Origin: Mageeibacillus sp. UBA5439
GTDB lineage: Bacteria; Bacillota; Clostridia; Saccharofermentanales; DTU023
Assembly (NCBI GenBank): GCA_002427505.1
Contig: DIRJ01000052.1
Coordinates: 3,230 to 67,229 of the forward strand
DNA: 64,000 nucleotides
Reading direction: 5' to 3'
The position numbers and the translations under genes are program-made. Below, in pieces: positions 39,025 to 49,303 of the stretch; positions within the stretch are counted from its first letter, which is position 1, and every line of letters begins with the position of its first letter. The notes beneath the pieces were generated by a model, which was not told the DNA's origin, searched no databases, and worked only from the letters and a program-made list of their open reading frames with translations.

Positions 39025-39705
39025 TTATTCGTTTTTGTTTTGCTCAATATATGCCGCAGCTGCACCCTGTTCAGCTTCTTTCTTAGTTTTACCTTCAGCT
39101 GTAGCAGCCAGTTGGCCGTCGATATAAACTGCGGCAGTGAAACGACGATTATGATCCGGACCGCTTTGATCAATAATTTTAAAATCTACAGTAAAATCTT
39201 TCTTGTGGGCTGTTTCCAGAAGGTAACTTTTATGATCATAAATTAGTTTTCCCTCTATTGCCAGATCAATGTATGCTGCAAACAATGTTTGGGCTACCTT
39301 TACACAAGCATCATAACCCCCATCAATAAAAACTGCTCCCAAAACAGCTTCCATGGCATTGGCCAGATTTGAATCGTTGTCTGCACCGCCGCCCAAGGTT
39401 TCACCATGTCCTAGCCGCAGATGTTCCTGCAGGTTGATCTGTCTTGCGATTCGGGCCAAAGTCGGCTCACATACCAGCCTCGCCCGCAGTTTGGTCATAG
39501 AGCCTTCATTCAGATTCTCACGTTCAAACAAAATTGTGCTGATAAGCAACTGCAGGACAGCATCACCGAGAAACTCCAGCCGCTCATTGTGCCGCTTTAC
39601 TTTTCTGTGCTCATAAGCATAGGAAGAGTGGGTCAAAGCCTCCAGCAGCAGCTCCTCATTTTTAAATGAATAATTAATTTTTTCTTCCAGTATTATGCGA
39701 TTCAT
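39025..39705 (-). CDS. rnc: Ribonuclease III
   Basis: Signature ERLEFLGDAVL. C-terminal dsRBD. Confidence 0.96.
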   Translation of the reverse strand: MNRIILEEKINYSFKNEELLLEALTHSSYAYEHRKVKRHNERLEFLGDAVLQLLISTILFERENLNEGSMTKLRARLVCEPTLARIARQINLQEHLRLGHGETLGGGADNDSNLANAMEAVLGAVFIDGGYDACVKVAQTLFAAYIDLAIEGKLIYDHKSYLLETAHKKDFTVDFKIIDQSGPDHNRRFTAAVYIDGQLAATAEGKTKKEAEQGAAAAYIEQNKNE

Positions 39706-39721
39706 ACTAAACCAGATTCTG

Positions 39722-39755
39722 AAAAAAGACCCTGCTTAAACAGGGTCTTTTTTTT
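39722..39755 (-). terminator. Intrinsic terminator after acpP (symmetric A-run/T-run)
   Basis: AAAAAA-GACCCTG-CTTAAA-CAGGGTC-TTTTTTTT between acpP and rnc. Confidence 0.8.
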
Positions 39756-39777
39756 GCAATAAACAGGAACCCACAGA

Positions 39778-40017
39778 TTAAAGTGATTTAGCAATAAAAT
39801 CAACTGCATCACCGACTGTGCGGATTCGTTCAGCCTCTTCATCCGGAATACTGAGATTGAATTCTTGTTCCAGAGTCATAATCAACTCTACAATATCCAG
39901 TGAATCAGCATTAAGATCATCGATAAAATTGGAAGACATTTCAATGGTATCTTCCTCAATGCTTAGCTGTTCAGCCAGCAGGCTGCGTATACGCTCAAAA
40001 ATTTCTTTCTTGCTCAT
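39778..40017 (-). CDS. acpP: Acyl carrier protein
   Basis: Phosphopantetheine site [13 protein letters not shown]. Second ATG chosen (AAGGAGG-6 nt-ATG); the first ATG abuts the RBS. Confidence 0.94.
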   Translation of the reverse strand: MSKKEIFERIRSLLAEQLSIEEDTIEMSSNFIDDLNADSLDIVELIMTLEQEFNLSIPDEEAERIRTVGDAVDFIAKSL

Positions 40018-40094
40018 TTCCATCCTCCTTATAAGGCAATAATTTCAAAAATAACTTATTTTCATCCGAACTGCCGGTAAACAGTCAGGCCGGA

Positions 40095-40706
40095 TCAGAG
40101 ATTCTGAACCAAATCCTTTAACATCACTCGATTTTTGAACCAGTAATCAAGACCTGAAAGTATTGTTAGTACTAAGGTGGCAATAATCATAATATTAGCA
40201 AATAATACGTAAGCTGCGCTAAAGGCATCGGTGCTATAACTTGATCCCGTGATAAAGGGTTCAATTAATAAAAAGATCAGAGTCAGCATTTGAACAACTG
40301 CTTTTATCTTTCCAAACCAGCTGGCAGCGATCACTACACCGCGTTCGGCTGCCACGAGGCGAATACCGGTAACAATAAACTCGCGTGCTACAATAACCAT
40401 CAGGACAAAAGAAGAAACACGACCCAGCTCCACAAAAGCAGAAAAACCGGCAATAACCAATAATTTGTCAGCAATGGGATCCAGGAATTTTCCGAAATTA
40501 CTGACTAAACCCATTCGTCTGGCCAGTAAGCCATCCAGAAGATCTGTTAGTGACGCAAAAATGAAAAGAAAAGTAGCAACGACTCTGCCGCCATCTGAAA
40601 GAACAAACTGTGAAAAAGTGCTGTCCCCAAAAACCGGAACCATGAAAAGTAAAAATACAGGTACCAGTATAATCCTCAATATAGTTAGTCTATTCGGAAC
40701 ATTCAT
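40095..40706 (-). CDS. pgsA: CDP-diacylglycerol--glycerol-3-phosphate 3-phosphatidyltransferase
   Basis: CDP-alcohol motif DLLDGLLARR...G...DPIADK. Start at MNVPNRLT, overlapping the rimO end by 17 nt. Confidence 0.93.
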   Translation of the reverse strand: MNVPNRLTILRIILVPVFLLFMVPVFGDSTFSQFVLSDGGRVVATFLFIFASLTDLLDGLLARRMGLVSNFGKFLDPIADKLLVIAGFSAFVELGRVSSFVLMVIVAREFIVTGIRLVAAERGVVIAASWFGKIKAVVQMLTLIFLLIEPFITGSSYSTDAFSAAYVLFANIMIIATLVLTILSGLDYWFKNRVMLKDLVQNL

Positions 40707-42051
40707 CCAGCGTAACCCCCCAAAGATCAAAGGCCTCGGCATCGACAATTCTAGCTGGTGCCCAACTGCCTACAGTCAAGTCAGGCCTGGTTGCTGCTAT
40801 ATGAATAATCGGATCGATATCCGGGGCTTCTCCGAAACTCCTTGCTTTGAAAAGTATACCACCATCGTCAATATCGTCCAAACGAAGCATGAGATCCTGC
40901 CCGATACGCTGCAGGTTTTTATTTATTGAAATCTTTTCCTGCACCTGCATCAATCGTTGATAGCGGTCGGCGGCAATCTCCGGAGCCACCTGGTCCGGCA
41001 TGTTCGCAGCCGGTGTACCGTCTTCGGCTGAAAAAACAAAACTACCCAGACGGTCAAACTGTATTGTTTTTATGAAATCAAGCAATAGCTGAAAATCTTC
41101 CTCCGTCTCTCCCGGGAAACCCAGCATAACTGTGCTGCGCAGAATAATATCCGGCATAGCCTGACGCAGGACTTGAATGCGCTCAGCTATTAACTCAGCT
41201 GATTCATGACGGCGCATACGCTTCAGAATTTTGTTGGAGGCATGCTGAATGGGTATGTCCAGATATTTGCAGACCTGATCATTGGCTGCCATCACTTCAA
41301 TCAGCTCGTCTGTAACGGCGTCAGCATAAGCGTACATGATTCTGATCTGCTCAATGCCTGTAATTTGATCGAGCAGTTTTTGGATCAGTTTAGCTAAAGT
41401 GATGTTTTCATCCAAATCATAGCCGTAGCGGGTTGTATCTTGTGCTATAAGTATCAGTTCTTTTTTGCCCAGAGCGACAAGGTGTTCTGCTTCTCTGATG
41501 ATCGAGTCGGACGGACGGGAGTGCAGGCCGCCGCGCAAAGAGGGAATCTTGCAATAACTACAGGCATTGCTGCAGCCTTCAGCAATTTTTAAATAAGCAT
41601 AGCTTTGCCTGCCATTAGACGGTATTCTGTCTTCGCGCAAATGTGCTAAACTGCCGGGACGTCCGGGCAGAAAGCCTCTCAGGTCCTCTCCCCTTTCCAG
41701 ACGCTTTACTGTTTCCGCAATATCACCATACTGGGCGGTTCCCAGTACTGCATCTACCTCCGGCATTGAGGTGAAAATTTCTGCTTTGTAGCGTTGCGAC
41801 ATGCAACCACAAACTATCAGAAAGCGCGCCTTGGCATCGGCCTTCTCCTTGTATCCGGCCATATCCAGAATTGCATCAATTGCTTCCGCAACAGCAGCTT
41901 CCAGAAATCCGCAGGTATTTACGATGAGGATCTCGGCATCCTCAATTACTGCGCTGGCCTGATAGCCGGCCTCCTGCAGCAGAACAGCCATGTTTTCAGC
42001 ATCAACTTCATTTTTCGGGCATCCCAAACTCAATAGATAATATGTAGACAA
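40690..42051 (-). CDS. rimO: Ribosomal protein S12 methylthiotransferase RimO
   Basis: SLGCPKNEVDAE N-terminal cluster. Radical SAM EGCSNACSYC. TRAM C-terminus. TTG start at 42051 lies 9 nt after AAGGAGGAG and 1 nt after the recX stop. The longer track ORF is an out-of-context extension into recX. Confidence 0.9.
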   Translation of the reverse strand: MSTYYLLSLGCPKNEVDAENMAVLLQEAGYQASAVIEDAEILIVNTCGFLEAAVAEAIDAILDMAGYKEKADAKARFLIVCGCMSQRYKAEIFTSMPEVDAVLGTAQYGDIAETVKRLERGEDLRGFLPGRPGSLAHLREDRIPSNGRQSYAYLKIAEGCSNACSYCKIPSLRGGLHSRPSDSIIREAEHLVALGKKELILIAQDTTRYGYDLDENITLAKLIQKLLDQITGIEQIRIMYAYADAVTDELIEVMAANDQVCKYLDIPIQHASNKILKRMRRHESAELIAERIQVLRQAMPDIILRSTVMLGFPGETEEDFQLLLDFIKTIQFDRLGSFVFSAEDGTPAANMPDQVAPEIAADRYQRLMQVQEKISINKNLQRIGQDLMLRLDDIDDGGILFKARSFGEAPDIDPIIHIAATRPDLTVGSWAPARIVDAEAFDLWGVTLDECSE

Positions 42052-42052
42052 A

Positions 42053-42520
42053 TTAAATAATCTCCTCCTTAGCGGATAGAAATTCATTGATTGCTTTGTT
42101 CGATATGTAGGCGGAATAGCCACGCCGCGCCAAAAGGCGCAAGGCTTTAGCATATTCCGGCTGGGAGTTTCGGTAATAGGCTGCCAGTAACTGCAGGCTG
42201 CTTTCTTCGTCCTCCGGCAAAGTATCAGTAATATTTTTGCTGACACTTTGCTCTATGCCTGCGTCACTCAAGACATAGAGCATGGCTTTTCTGGAACGAA
42301 TACGTTTTCCGGAATAACGGCGGCAGATACTTCCGGCAGCCCGTTCGTCATTGATATAATCAATTTCTTTCAAGTAATCAATAACAGTTTCCACCAGATC
42401 CGGGTCATAGTTTTCCTGCATTAATTTCTGTCTTACTCTGCCACTGGATTTATTGCGATCTAAACCCAGAAAGAGTACAGCGCGCTCGCGGCAGTTTTCA
42501 AATGCACCGTTTGAACTCAT
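42053..42520 (-). CDS. recX: RecA regulator RecX
   Basis: Size, repeat architecture and ATGA overlap with the recA stop. Confidence 0.85.
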   Translation of the reverse strand: MSSNGAFENCRERAVLFLGLDRNKSSGRVRQKLMQENYDPDLVETVIDYLKEIDYINDERAAGSICRRYSGKRIRSRKAMLYVLSDAGIEQSVSKNITDTLPEDEESSLQLLAAYYRNSQPEYAKALRLLARRGYSAYISNKAINEFLSAKEEII

Positions 42521-43668
42521 AGATCCAGACCAAGAATATCGTCGACATCATCGACTACTTCCTCGTTTGCAGTTGTTTGCCTCTGCTCAGTGATGTCGGC
42601 ACTGTCCTCTTCTTGTTCTTCTTCTTCTTCACTATTGAAATAGAAGTCGCGCACTTTTTCTTCAATCTCATCCAGGAGATCTTCGTCTTCTTCCAGAATT
42701 TCTCTGACTGCATCTCGCCCATTGCCTAAACGCGTCTCTCCGTAAGAATACCAGGATCCGCTTTTAGACATGACATCGCTCTCAACAGCAAGATCCATGA
42801 CGTCGGAGGCACGTGAAATTCCCTTGCCGAAAATAAGGTCAAACTCCGCTTCTTTAAAGGGAGGAGCAACTTTATTCTTGACTACCCGTACTCGGGTACG
42901 GTTCCCAATATTTTGATCGCCTTTGGTGATGCGTTCAATGCGGCGTACATCCAGACGGACAGAAGCGTAGAATTTAAGTGCGCGGCCACCGGTAGTGGTT
43001 TCAGGGTTGCCAAACATAATGCCGATCTTCTCACGCAATTGGTTGATGAAAATGACAGTGGTATTGCTCTTGTTCAGAATACCGGCCATTTTCCTCATGG
43101 CCTGAGACATCAAACGTGCATGCAGGCCAACAGAGGCGTCACCCATTTCACCATCAATTTCCGCGCGGGGAACAAGTGCTGCAACGGAGTCAATGACAAT
43201 GATGTCGATCGCGCCGCTGCGCGCCAGATCTTCACAAATTTCCAGAGCCTGCTCACCGTAGTCGGGCTGAGATACAATTAAATTATCAACATCGACTCCC
43301 AGATCCTCGGCATAATTTGGATCAAGAGCATGTTCTGCATCTATAAATGCGGCTACTCCACCCAACTTCTGAGCTTCAGCAATCATATGTAAAGCTACTG
43401 TCGTCTTGCCTGATGATTCCGGACCGAAAATCTCAACAATACGGCCACGCGGCACTCCTCCTATGCCCAAGGCAAGGTCCAGGCTCAGTGAGCCTGTCGG
43501 GATAGCTCCGATGTCTACCACCTCGGAATCTCCTAATCTTTGAACAGCTCCCTTACCATACTCTTTTTCGATTTTATTCAACGCCGCCTTTAAAGCGCGT
43601 TCGCGTTCTTCGGCTGATTTTGGGCTAACATCCTGACTAGATTTAGCAGATTTACTTTTTCTTGCCAT
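42517..43668 (-). CDS. recA: Recombinase RecA
   Basis: GPESSGKTT Walker [23 protein letters not shown] at 43668 lies 10 nt after AGGAGG. Long acidic C-tail. Confidence 0.98.
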   Translation of the reverse strand: MARKSKSAKSSQDVSPKSAEERERALKAALNKIEKEYGKGAVQRLGDSEVVDIGAIPTGSLSLDLALGIGGVPRGRIVEIFGPESSGKTTVALHMIAEAQKLGGVAAFIDAEHALDPNYAEDLGVDVDNLIVSQPDYGEQALEICEDLARSGAIDIIVIDSVAALVPRAEIDGEMGDASVGLHARLMSQAMRKMAGILNKSNTTVIFINQLREKIGIMFGNPETTTGGRALKFYASVRLDVRRIERITKGDQNIGNRTRVRVVKNKVAPPFKEAEFDLIFGKGISRASDVMDLAVESDVMSKSGSWYSYGETRLGNGRDAVREILEEDEDLLDEIEEKVRDFYFNSEEEEEQEEDSADITEQRQTTANEEVVDDVDDILGLDL

Positions 43669-43697
43669 GCTCAAATTTCCTCCTGTTTAGCTGTCAA

Positions 43698-43711
43698 CGA
43701 ACTTATGTTCT
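43698..43711. promoter_or_regulatory. LexA (SOS) box upstream of recA
   Basis: CGAACTTATGTTCT matches CGAAC-N4-GTTC(G) at 13 of 14 positions. Begins 4 nt downstream of the predicted -10 and lies 30 nt upstream of the recA ATG. Confidence 0.8.
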
Positions 43712-43714
43712 GCT

Positions 43715-43743
43715 ATTTTAAAGCTTTTTTATTAATAAAGCAA
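43715..43743 (-). promoter_or_regulatory. Putative recA promoter TTGCTT-17-TAAAAT
   Basis: Minus strand: TTGCTT (43743-43738), 17-nt spacer, TAAAAT (43720-43715), followed immediately by the SOS box. Confidence 0.6.
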
Positions 43744-43793
43744 TCTTATTTTTGGTTTTTAGCAGTCAACAGCAGACAAAATGACATATTTGA

Positions 43794-45410
43794 TTAATTT
43801 ATGGGCTGCAGGCGCAAAGCCCGGCGTATTATTCGCTGTAAATCTCTGGCCTCATGCAGGTTTATGGCCAATCCTGCCTGATAATACACCAGCAGGCCGA
43901 TTATCAGCTTGACTGCATAGAAGATCAGCTGCATAAGTTTGCTTGTTATATTGACAGGAAGTGTATTCATTGCCAGATAAACTAATGCAGTCGGTGCAGC
44001 AATTGCTATCAGGCGAAAATAGTACGGTGAGAGCCGAAATGGTCTTGCTTGCGGTATCTGATAACGATACAGGACATGTAAGAGCAGCATCAGACCGACA
44101 GAGTTGACTACATAGGCCAAAGGTAATCCGTAAATACCAAGATTGTACACTTTGGTAAACAGCATCGAAAGCAAAGGCGTGAAAATCAGAGACAATATGC
44201 TGGTAAGCAGTGAAACTCTGGTTGTCTGCCGTGAATAAAAGGCGTTGTTGTACATTAAAACTATGGTCTGCACCAGCATAGCCAGACAGTAGATGCGCAG
44301 GACTCCTGCTTCTACCAGTAAGCGGTCGTAGGGGATCGCACTGTTCCACTGGTAAATTGCTTCAATGGTCTCTTCTGCCATCACAGCGAAGGCGATAGCG
44401 AAGGGTGCTACAAAATAGGTGGCACGGCGCAAGGATCTTGTGAATATGCTGCGCATGGATTGGAAATCATGTCTGGCATACGCCCGTGACAAAGTGGGGG
44501 TCATAACATTGCAGACAGCGACACCAAATATTCCATACGGGGCTGTCCAGGTGGTAGTGCCATGCTGTAAAGCGGTTACTGCACCGGTGAACTGATTAGC
44601 GAAAGATGTCTGGATAATATAGTTGATCTGAATTACTGAGCCGGAGATCAGGGTAGGCAAAGCCAGACTCCAGAGGCGACGGAAGCCTTCATCTTTCAGC
44701 TCAATAGCCGGGCGATAAAACCGGAGCTTATCACGCGTCATAAAAATCATGAAGACCAGATTAATTATTGCCGCTAAGACAATACCTGCTGCTGCGCGGG
44801 TCGGACCTTCTGCTGTGCTGTTACCCCAGAGTGTAATAAACACGATGCAGGCGAGATTGTATATCGTCGGTCCAAAAGCATTGCGCTGGAACAAACGGTA
44901 AGCGTGCAGAATGCCTGAAAGGAATCCGGCTGCCATCAGGAATAATATTTGCGGGAAGAGAGCCCGTGATACTTCCACTGCACGACTGATAACAACAGGA
45001 TCTTTATCCGCATTGTATGATGTAATTATTCCCGGGGCAAAAATAATGCCAAGAATAATAGCCAGCGCTGTCGCCAGCAGAAAGACATTTATAAAGATGG
45101 AAACACTGCGCCAGACTCTTCTCTCCTGCCCTTTTTCCAGTCCTGAGGACATGAAGGGGGTGAGGGCTGCGCCGATGGCTCCGCCAATCATTAACTGATA
45201 GACTAAATCCGGAATTTGGAAACCGATAAAATAAGCATCTGTATTTATACCATAACCCAGGGTCGGGGCAATCACGATCTCACGAACAAAACCTGTGATC
45301 TTGGATAAAGCCAGGGCCAAGGCGACAACGAAAGTCGATTGAGCTACAGACATTATCGGTTCTGAGCTTTTACGATTCCTTTGTTTTCTGCTTACATTCC
45401 TGCTAGTCAC
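43794..45410 (-). CDS. murJ: Lipid II flippase MurJ (MviN family)
   Basis: 14-TM profile. N-terminal SKITGFVREIVIA...GINTDAYFIGFQIPD. GTG start 9 nt after GAAGGAG, with GTGA overlap of the cinA stop. Confidence 0.9.
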   Translation of the reverse strand: MTSRNVSRKQRNRKSSEPIMSVAQSTFVVALALALSKITGFVREIVIAPTLGYGINTDAYFIGFQIPDLVYQLMIGGAIGAALTPFMSSGLEKGQERRVWRSVSIFINVFLLATALAIILGIIFAPGIITSYNADKDPVVISRAVEVSRALFPQILFLMAAGFLSGILHAYRLFQRNAFGPTIYNLACIVFITLWGNSTAEGPTRAAAGIVLAAIINLVFMIFMTRDKLRFYRPAIELKDEGFRRLWSLALPTLISGSVIQINYIIQTSFANQFTGAVTALQHGTTTWTAPYGIFGVAVCNVMTPTLSRAYARHDFQSMRSIFTRSLRRATYFVAPFAIAFAVMAEETIEAIYQWNSAIPYDRLLVEAGVLRIYCLAMLVQTIVLMYNNAFYSRQTTRVSLLTSILSLIFTPLLSMLFTKVYNLGIYGLPLAYVVNSVGLMLLLHVLYRYQIPQARPFRLSPYYFRLIAIAAPTALVYLAMNTLPVNITSKLMQLIFYAVKLIIGLLVYYQAGLAINLHEARDLQRIIRRALRLQPIN

Positions 45411-46663
45411 TCTGCGCAGCTCCTTCTCAGGAGATCTAAAGCCGTTGCTACGGCATAATTAATTATTCTCTGACGGTTACCGGAGAAAAACTTCCTGTGA
45501 ACAGAAACTTTATCCCCAACAGCTACAGCAAAGTATACAGTACCAATTGGATTTTCAGGAGTAGCTCCTTCAGGCCCGGCAAATCCGGTAACAGATAGAT
45601 TCAGATCAGCTTTAAACAGTCTCCGGCAGTTTTCTGCCATAGCCTGAGCACATTCAGCGCTGACAACACCATATTGATCAATAATTTCAGGATCTACACC
45701 CAGCAGGTCCCTCTTGACACTGCTGGCATAGCTCACAATGCTGCCTTTAAATATTTTAGAAGCAGCAGGCAAAGAGACCAGGCATGCTGATAAGGCGCCT
45801 CCGGTGCAGGACTCGGCAAAGGCACAGGTCAGCTTTTGCGAGTGAAGTTTATCAGCTACCACCTCCTCTAAAGAGCGTGTACCGATCTCATAGATGTACT
45901 GCCCCAGACGCTCTTCGATAATGTCAATTAGCGCCTGAGTTCTATCTTCATCACCTGCTTCGATTCTTTGCGACACTCGCAGCAGGACTCCGCCTTCACC
46001 GGCATAGGGAGCGATAGTAGGATTAGTCTGTGCTGCAACAAGATCTTTCAGCTCTTGCTCCATCTTATATTCACCTATTCCGACCATGCGCACATAGCGG
46101 TGGATAAAACGGGCCGAGCTGTACTGTGCCAGATATGGCAGGATCTGCTCTTCAAGCAGAGGGATATTTTCCGAAGGTGGGCCCGGCAGCACCAAAATAC
46201 GACCTAGCTTGCCTTTATAGGGAAAAGTTGTTAAAGAAGCAGGCGCGGTGCCATTATGGTTGGGAAAAGCTTTAGCGCCTTCCGGTATCCGGGGAATAAT
46301 AAAATCAGGACGATCTGAGTCGGGGTAAAGCTTCCGGATAGCTGCTGTGACAGAACTGTCAGCAACAAGTTCCTTTCCTGCAATCTCCGCTACAACTTGT
46401 ATAGTAATGTCATCCTGGCTGGCTCCCAGACCACCGGTTGTGATTACCAGGTCATTCAGTTCCAGAGCCAGGCAAATGGCATCATAAATTCTCTCACGAT
46501 GATCCCCGACTACCTGCCGTCTGAAAGTATTTATGCCCAGATCAGACAGCTTTCCGGACAAATAAAAAGAATTTGTATCTAAAGTCTGTCCTAAAAGCAG
46601 CTCTGTTCCGATGGCAATTATTTCGGCTGTTTCTATTTGCTCTGGTGGTGAAAGCTTAGTCAT
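45407..46663 (-). CDS. cinA: Competence/damage-inducible protein CinA (MoCF-like N domain plus PncC-like NMN deamidase C domain)
   Basis: AEIIAIGTELLLGQTLDTNS N-terminus. C-terminal ESCTGGALSA motif. Confidence 0.92.
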   Translation of the reverse strand: MTKLSPPEQIETAEIIAIGTELLLGQTLDTNSFYLSGKLSDLGINTFRRQVVGDHRERIYDAICLALELNDLVITTGGLGASQDDITIQVVAEIAGKELVADSSVTAAIRKLYPDSDRPDFIIPRIPEGAKAFPNHNGTAPASLTTFPYKGKLGRILVLPGPPSENIPLLEEQILPYLAQYSSARFIHRYVRMVGIGEYKMEQELKDLVAAQTNPTIAPYAGEGGVLLRVSQRIEAGDEDRTQALIDIIEERLGQYIYEIGTRSLEEVVADKLHSQKLTCAFAESCTGGALSACLVSLPAASKIFKGSIVSYASSVKRDLLGVDPEIIDQYGVVSAECAQAMAENCRRLFKADLNLSVTGFAGPEGATPENPIGTVYFAVAVGDKVSVHRKFFSGNRQRIINYAVATALDLLRRSCAE

Positions 46664-49295
46664 CAGCGTTCCCCTTTTCCTTTTCTGCGATTAATTTCTC
46701 AAACTGATCAGGTGTAATGAGAAGTTCACGTGGTTTGCTGCCTTCAAAGGGACCGACGTAACCCAGTTCGTTGAGGCGGTCTATCAAACGGGCTGCACGC
46801 GGGTATCCCACGGTCAGCTTGCGCTGCAGGAGGGACACTGAGGCATAGCCGTTTTCGACTAAAACCTGCAAAGCGGACATTAAGAGTTCATCTTCTTCTT
46901 CCCCGCTGATAGTTGAAACATCAGACCCATCAGGGTTTTCTAAAGCATCAGCCACCGATTGATCATAATCACTGGGATAATAATCTTTTATATATTTAAG
47001 AACGCCTTCCACCTCAAGGTCTGAAACAAAAGCACCCTGGCCCCGGATGGGCTTGGCCGCACTTTGCGGATAATAGAGCATGTCGCCTTTGCCTAAAAGT
47101 CTTTCTGCACCACCTGTGTCCAGAATGGTACGGGAATCTACATGCGAAGTAACTGCGAAAGCTATACGTGAAGGAATATTGGCTTTTATTACTCCTGTAA
47201 TAACATCAACTGAAGGACGCTGTGTAGCTATAATGACATGGATGCCGGCAGCTCTGGCTTTTGCCATCAGCCGGGATATAGCGCTTTCGACTTGCCGGGA
47301 GGTTGTCGCCATAAGATCAGCCAGTTCATCGATAACTATTAGGATATACGGTAGTTTCTCCGGTGAGTCCTCCTGTTCATCCGCAGCTGACTTAACTGTG
47401 TCGGCAATCTGTTTCTCCATCATCAGGTTGTAGGAACCGATATCACGCACAACGAGATCAGCAAAGAGTTTATATCTGCGTTCCATCTCACTTACTGCCC
47501 AGTTCAGGACACCATAAGCTTTTTCAGGATCAGTTACTACAGGCTGCAGCAAATGAGGAATACCGTTGTAAATATTCAATTCAACTATTTTGGGGTCAAT
47601 CATCAGCAAGCGCATTTCCTGAGGAGAATAGCGATAGAGCAGACTGATCAAAATATTGTTGATACAAACAGACTTGCCTGAACCGGTGGCACCGGCTACA
47701 AGCATGTGCGGCATCCTGGTGATGTCACAAAGAATGACACCGCCTCCGGCATCACGTCCCAAAGGTGTAAGGAGCTGTCCCTCAGCATTGTTGTAGCTGC
47801 TGTCTTCGAGCAGACCACGCAATAATACAGGACTGATCTTTCGGTTCGGGATTTCTACCCCGATTGCAGGTTTTCCGGGAATCGGCGCTTCAATTCTTAC
47901 TGAAGTTGCAGCCAGACTTAAAGCGATATCATCCGCCAGATTAACAATACGACTGACTTTGACACCGGGACCAGGAGCCAGCTCGTATCTGGTAATCGTT
48001 GGCCCGGTTGTATAGTTGACGATTTTTGCTTCTACTCCGAAACTGGCCAGTGTCTCTTCCAGCTTAAGCCCTTGTCTGCTGATATCACTAATTTCCGCTG
48101 AACTCTTTTGCAGGGCTCTGTCTTCTCGCAGCAGGCTCAGAGGCGGCGCCTTGTAGTCAGAAAAAAGATTAATCTGTTGTCTTTTCCTGTGTCCGGTTTT
48201 TACCGTCTTCTTACCAGTATCTGCCAGCTGCGCTGTCTTAGCGTCAGCCCGGTCTTCCCATTTATCGCGCTCAGACAGCATGTCTTCCGGAAGAGAGCTT
48301 TTACTATGCAAAACAGCAGGCCGGATAGGACTGCCTCCAGTATCAGTGCCTGCGCTATTATCTTTATACGGAAACACAAAGGGTGGATTGGGATCATCGG
48401 TCTGCTCAGGAAATTCTTTAAAGTCATAGCCAGCCGGAGGGCGGGCAAAATCAAGCCCCTTTCCGTTTTCACCACTGTTTTCGCTATTGAAGACAGGTTT
48501 TCCATAGGGAGAATTATTCCAGAGATCTGGCTGTGCCTGTTCATCAGCAACTGCCGCTTGATCCAGAGCCTCAATATCATCATCCAGCCAGCCGGGCAAG
48601 AGGGTCCCCTTTTTGGGGAAATCTTCCTCAGTCTTGCCCTCAGCTGAAGCAGACGCATCTGAGGCAGCTTGCTTATCTTCGAGACGCTTATTGTGCCGAT
48701 CGGATAAATCAGATAGATAGCGTGATGGAGACAGGGAAAATCCATAGATCAGCACCGCGACAATCATACCGATAATGATGACTGCTGCACCCGGTACAGT
48801 CGCAATAAAGCTCAGAGGCTGGCCGATCAGTCCCCCCAGCAGCCCGCCGCTTAAATTTCCGCCCTTAACTTGCAGCGATGGATTAACGCCATGCGACCAC
48901 AAGGCTGCTATGGTTCGAAAGCCGGACAAAACAGAAGCTGTTTGATCTGCAACTAAAGTCCTCAATTCGGCAATGCTTAATGTAAATATCGAAAAGAGTG
49001 CAGCTATGAGCAGGACGCAAATAAATATGCTTAAAGTGCGTGCACGGGATATTTCTTTGCGGCGTTCCAGCAAATACAATAAAGCCCAGACCAAAAAAGC
49101 TAAAGGGAGTGCATAAGAAAAGCTGCCCAACAGACCGCGTCCCAATAAGCGCAGCACATCACCCAGTTCTCCCAGACTATTGGCTTTACCAAAATAGGCT
49201 ATGCCCAACAAAATAGCCATAGTCAGGTGGAAAACTCCCAGAATGTCGCGCACCAAACGCGGTGACTCACTAGTGTTTTTTGTTTTCTCTGCCAT
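46656..49295 (-). CDS. ftsK: DNA translocase FtsK/SpoIIIE
   Basis: N-terminal TM helices and a low-complexity linker. Motor Walker A GATGSGKSVCIN and Walker B VIDELADLM. C-terminal gamma winged helix SVSLLQRKLTVGYPRAARLID. Confidence 0.96.
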   Translation of the reverse strand: MAEKTKNTSESPRLVRDILGVFHLTMAILLGIAYFGKANSLGELGDVLRLLGRGLLGSFSYALPLAFLVWALLYLLERRKEISRARTLSIFICVLLIAALFSIFTLSIAELRTLVADQTASVLSGFRTIAALWSHGVNPSLQVKGGNLSGGLLGGLIGQPLSFIATVPGAAVIIIGMIVAVLIYGFSLSPSRYLSDLSDRHNKRLEDKQAASDASASAEGKTEEDFPKKGTLLPGWLDDDIEALDQAAVADEQAQPDLWNNSPYGKPVFNSENSGENGKGLDFARPPAGYDFKEFPEQTDDPNPPFVFPYKDNSAGTDTGGSPIRPAVLHSKSSLPEDMLSERDKWEDRADAKTAQLADTGKKTVKTGHRKRQQINLFSDYKAPPLSLLREDRALQKSSAEISDISRQGLKLEETLASFGVEAKIVNYTTGPTITRYELAPGPGVKVSRIVNLADDIALSLAATSVRIEAPIPGKPAIGVEIPNRKISPVLLRGLLEDSSYNNAEGQLLTPLGRDAGGGVILCDITRMPHMLVAGATGSGKSVCINNILISLLYRYSPQEMRLLMIDPKIVELNIYNGIPHLLQPVVTDPEKAYGVLNWAVSEMERRYKLFADLVVRDIGSYNLMMEKQIADTVKSAADEQEDSPEKLPYILIVIDELADLMATTSRQVESAISRLMAKARAAGIHVIIATQRPSVDVITGVIKANIPSRIAFAVTSHVDSRTILDTGGAERLLGKGDMLYYPQSAAKPIRGQGAFVSDLEVEGVLKYIKDYYPSDYDQSVADALENPDGSDVSTISGEEEDELLMSALQVLVENGYASVSLLQRKLTVGYPRAARLIDRLNELGYVGPFEGSKPRELLITPDQFEKLIAEKEKGNADD

Positions 49296-49303
49296 AATTA
49301 TAT

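Noticed and set aside
48108-48745. Alternative-frame ORFs of 140-220 aa inside or antisense to real genes. Examples: 48200-48745(-) and 48108-48647(+) in ftsK, 16224-16877(-) antisense to xer, 63084-63617(+) antisense to pgpH, 58634-59164(+) antisense to sda, 19063-19540 in the aminopeptidase, and 43852-44349(-) in murJ.
   Set aside because: None has an RBS or a recognisable motif. Their compositions are Ser/Arg/Leu/Cys-rich, typical of out-of-frame translation. Each is fully covered by a confidently identified gene.
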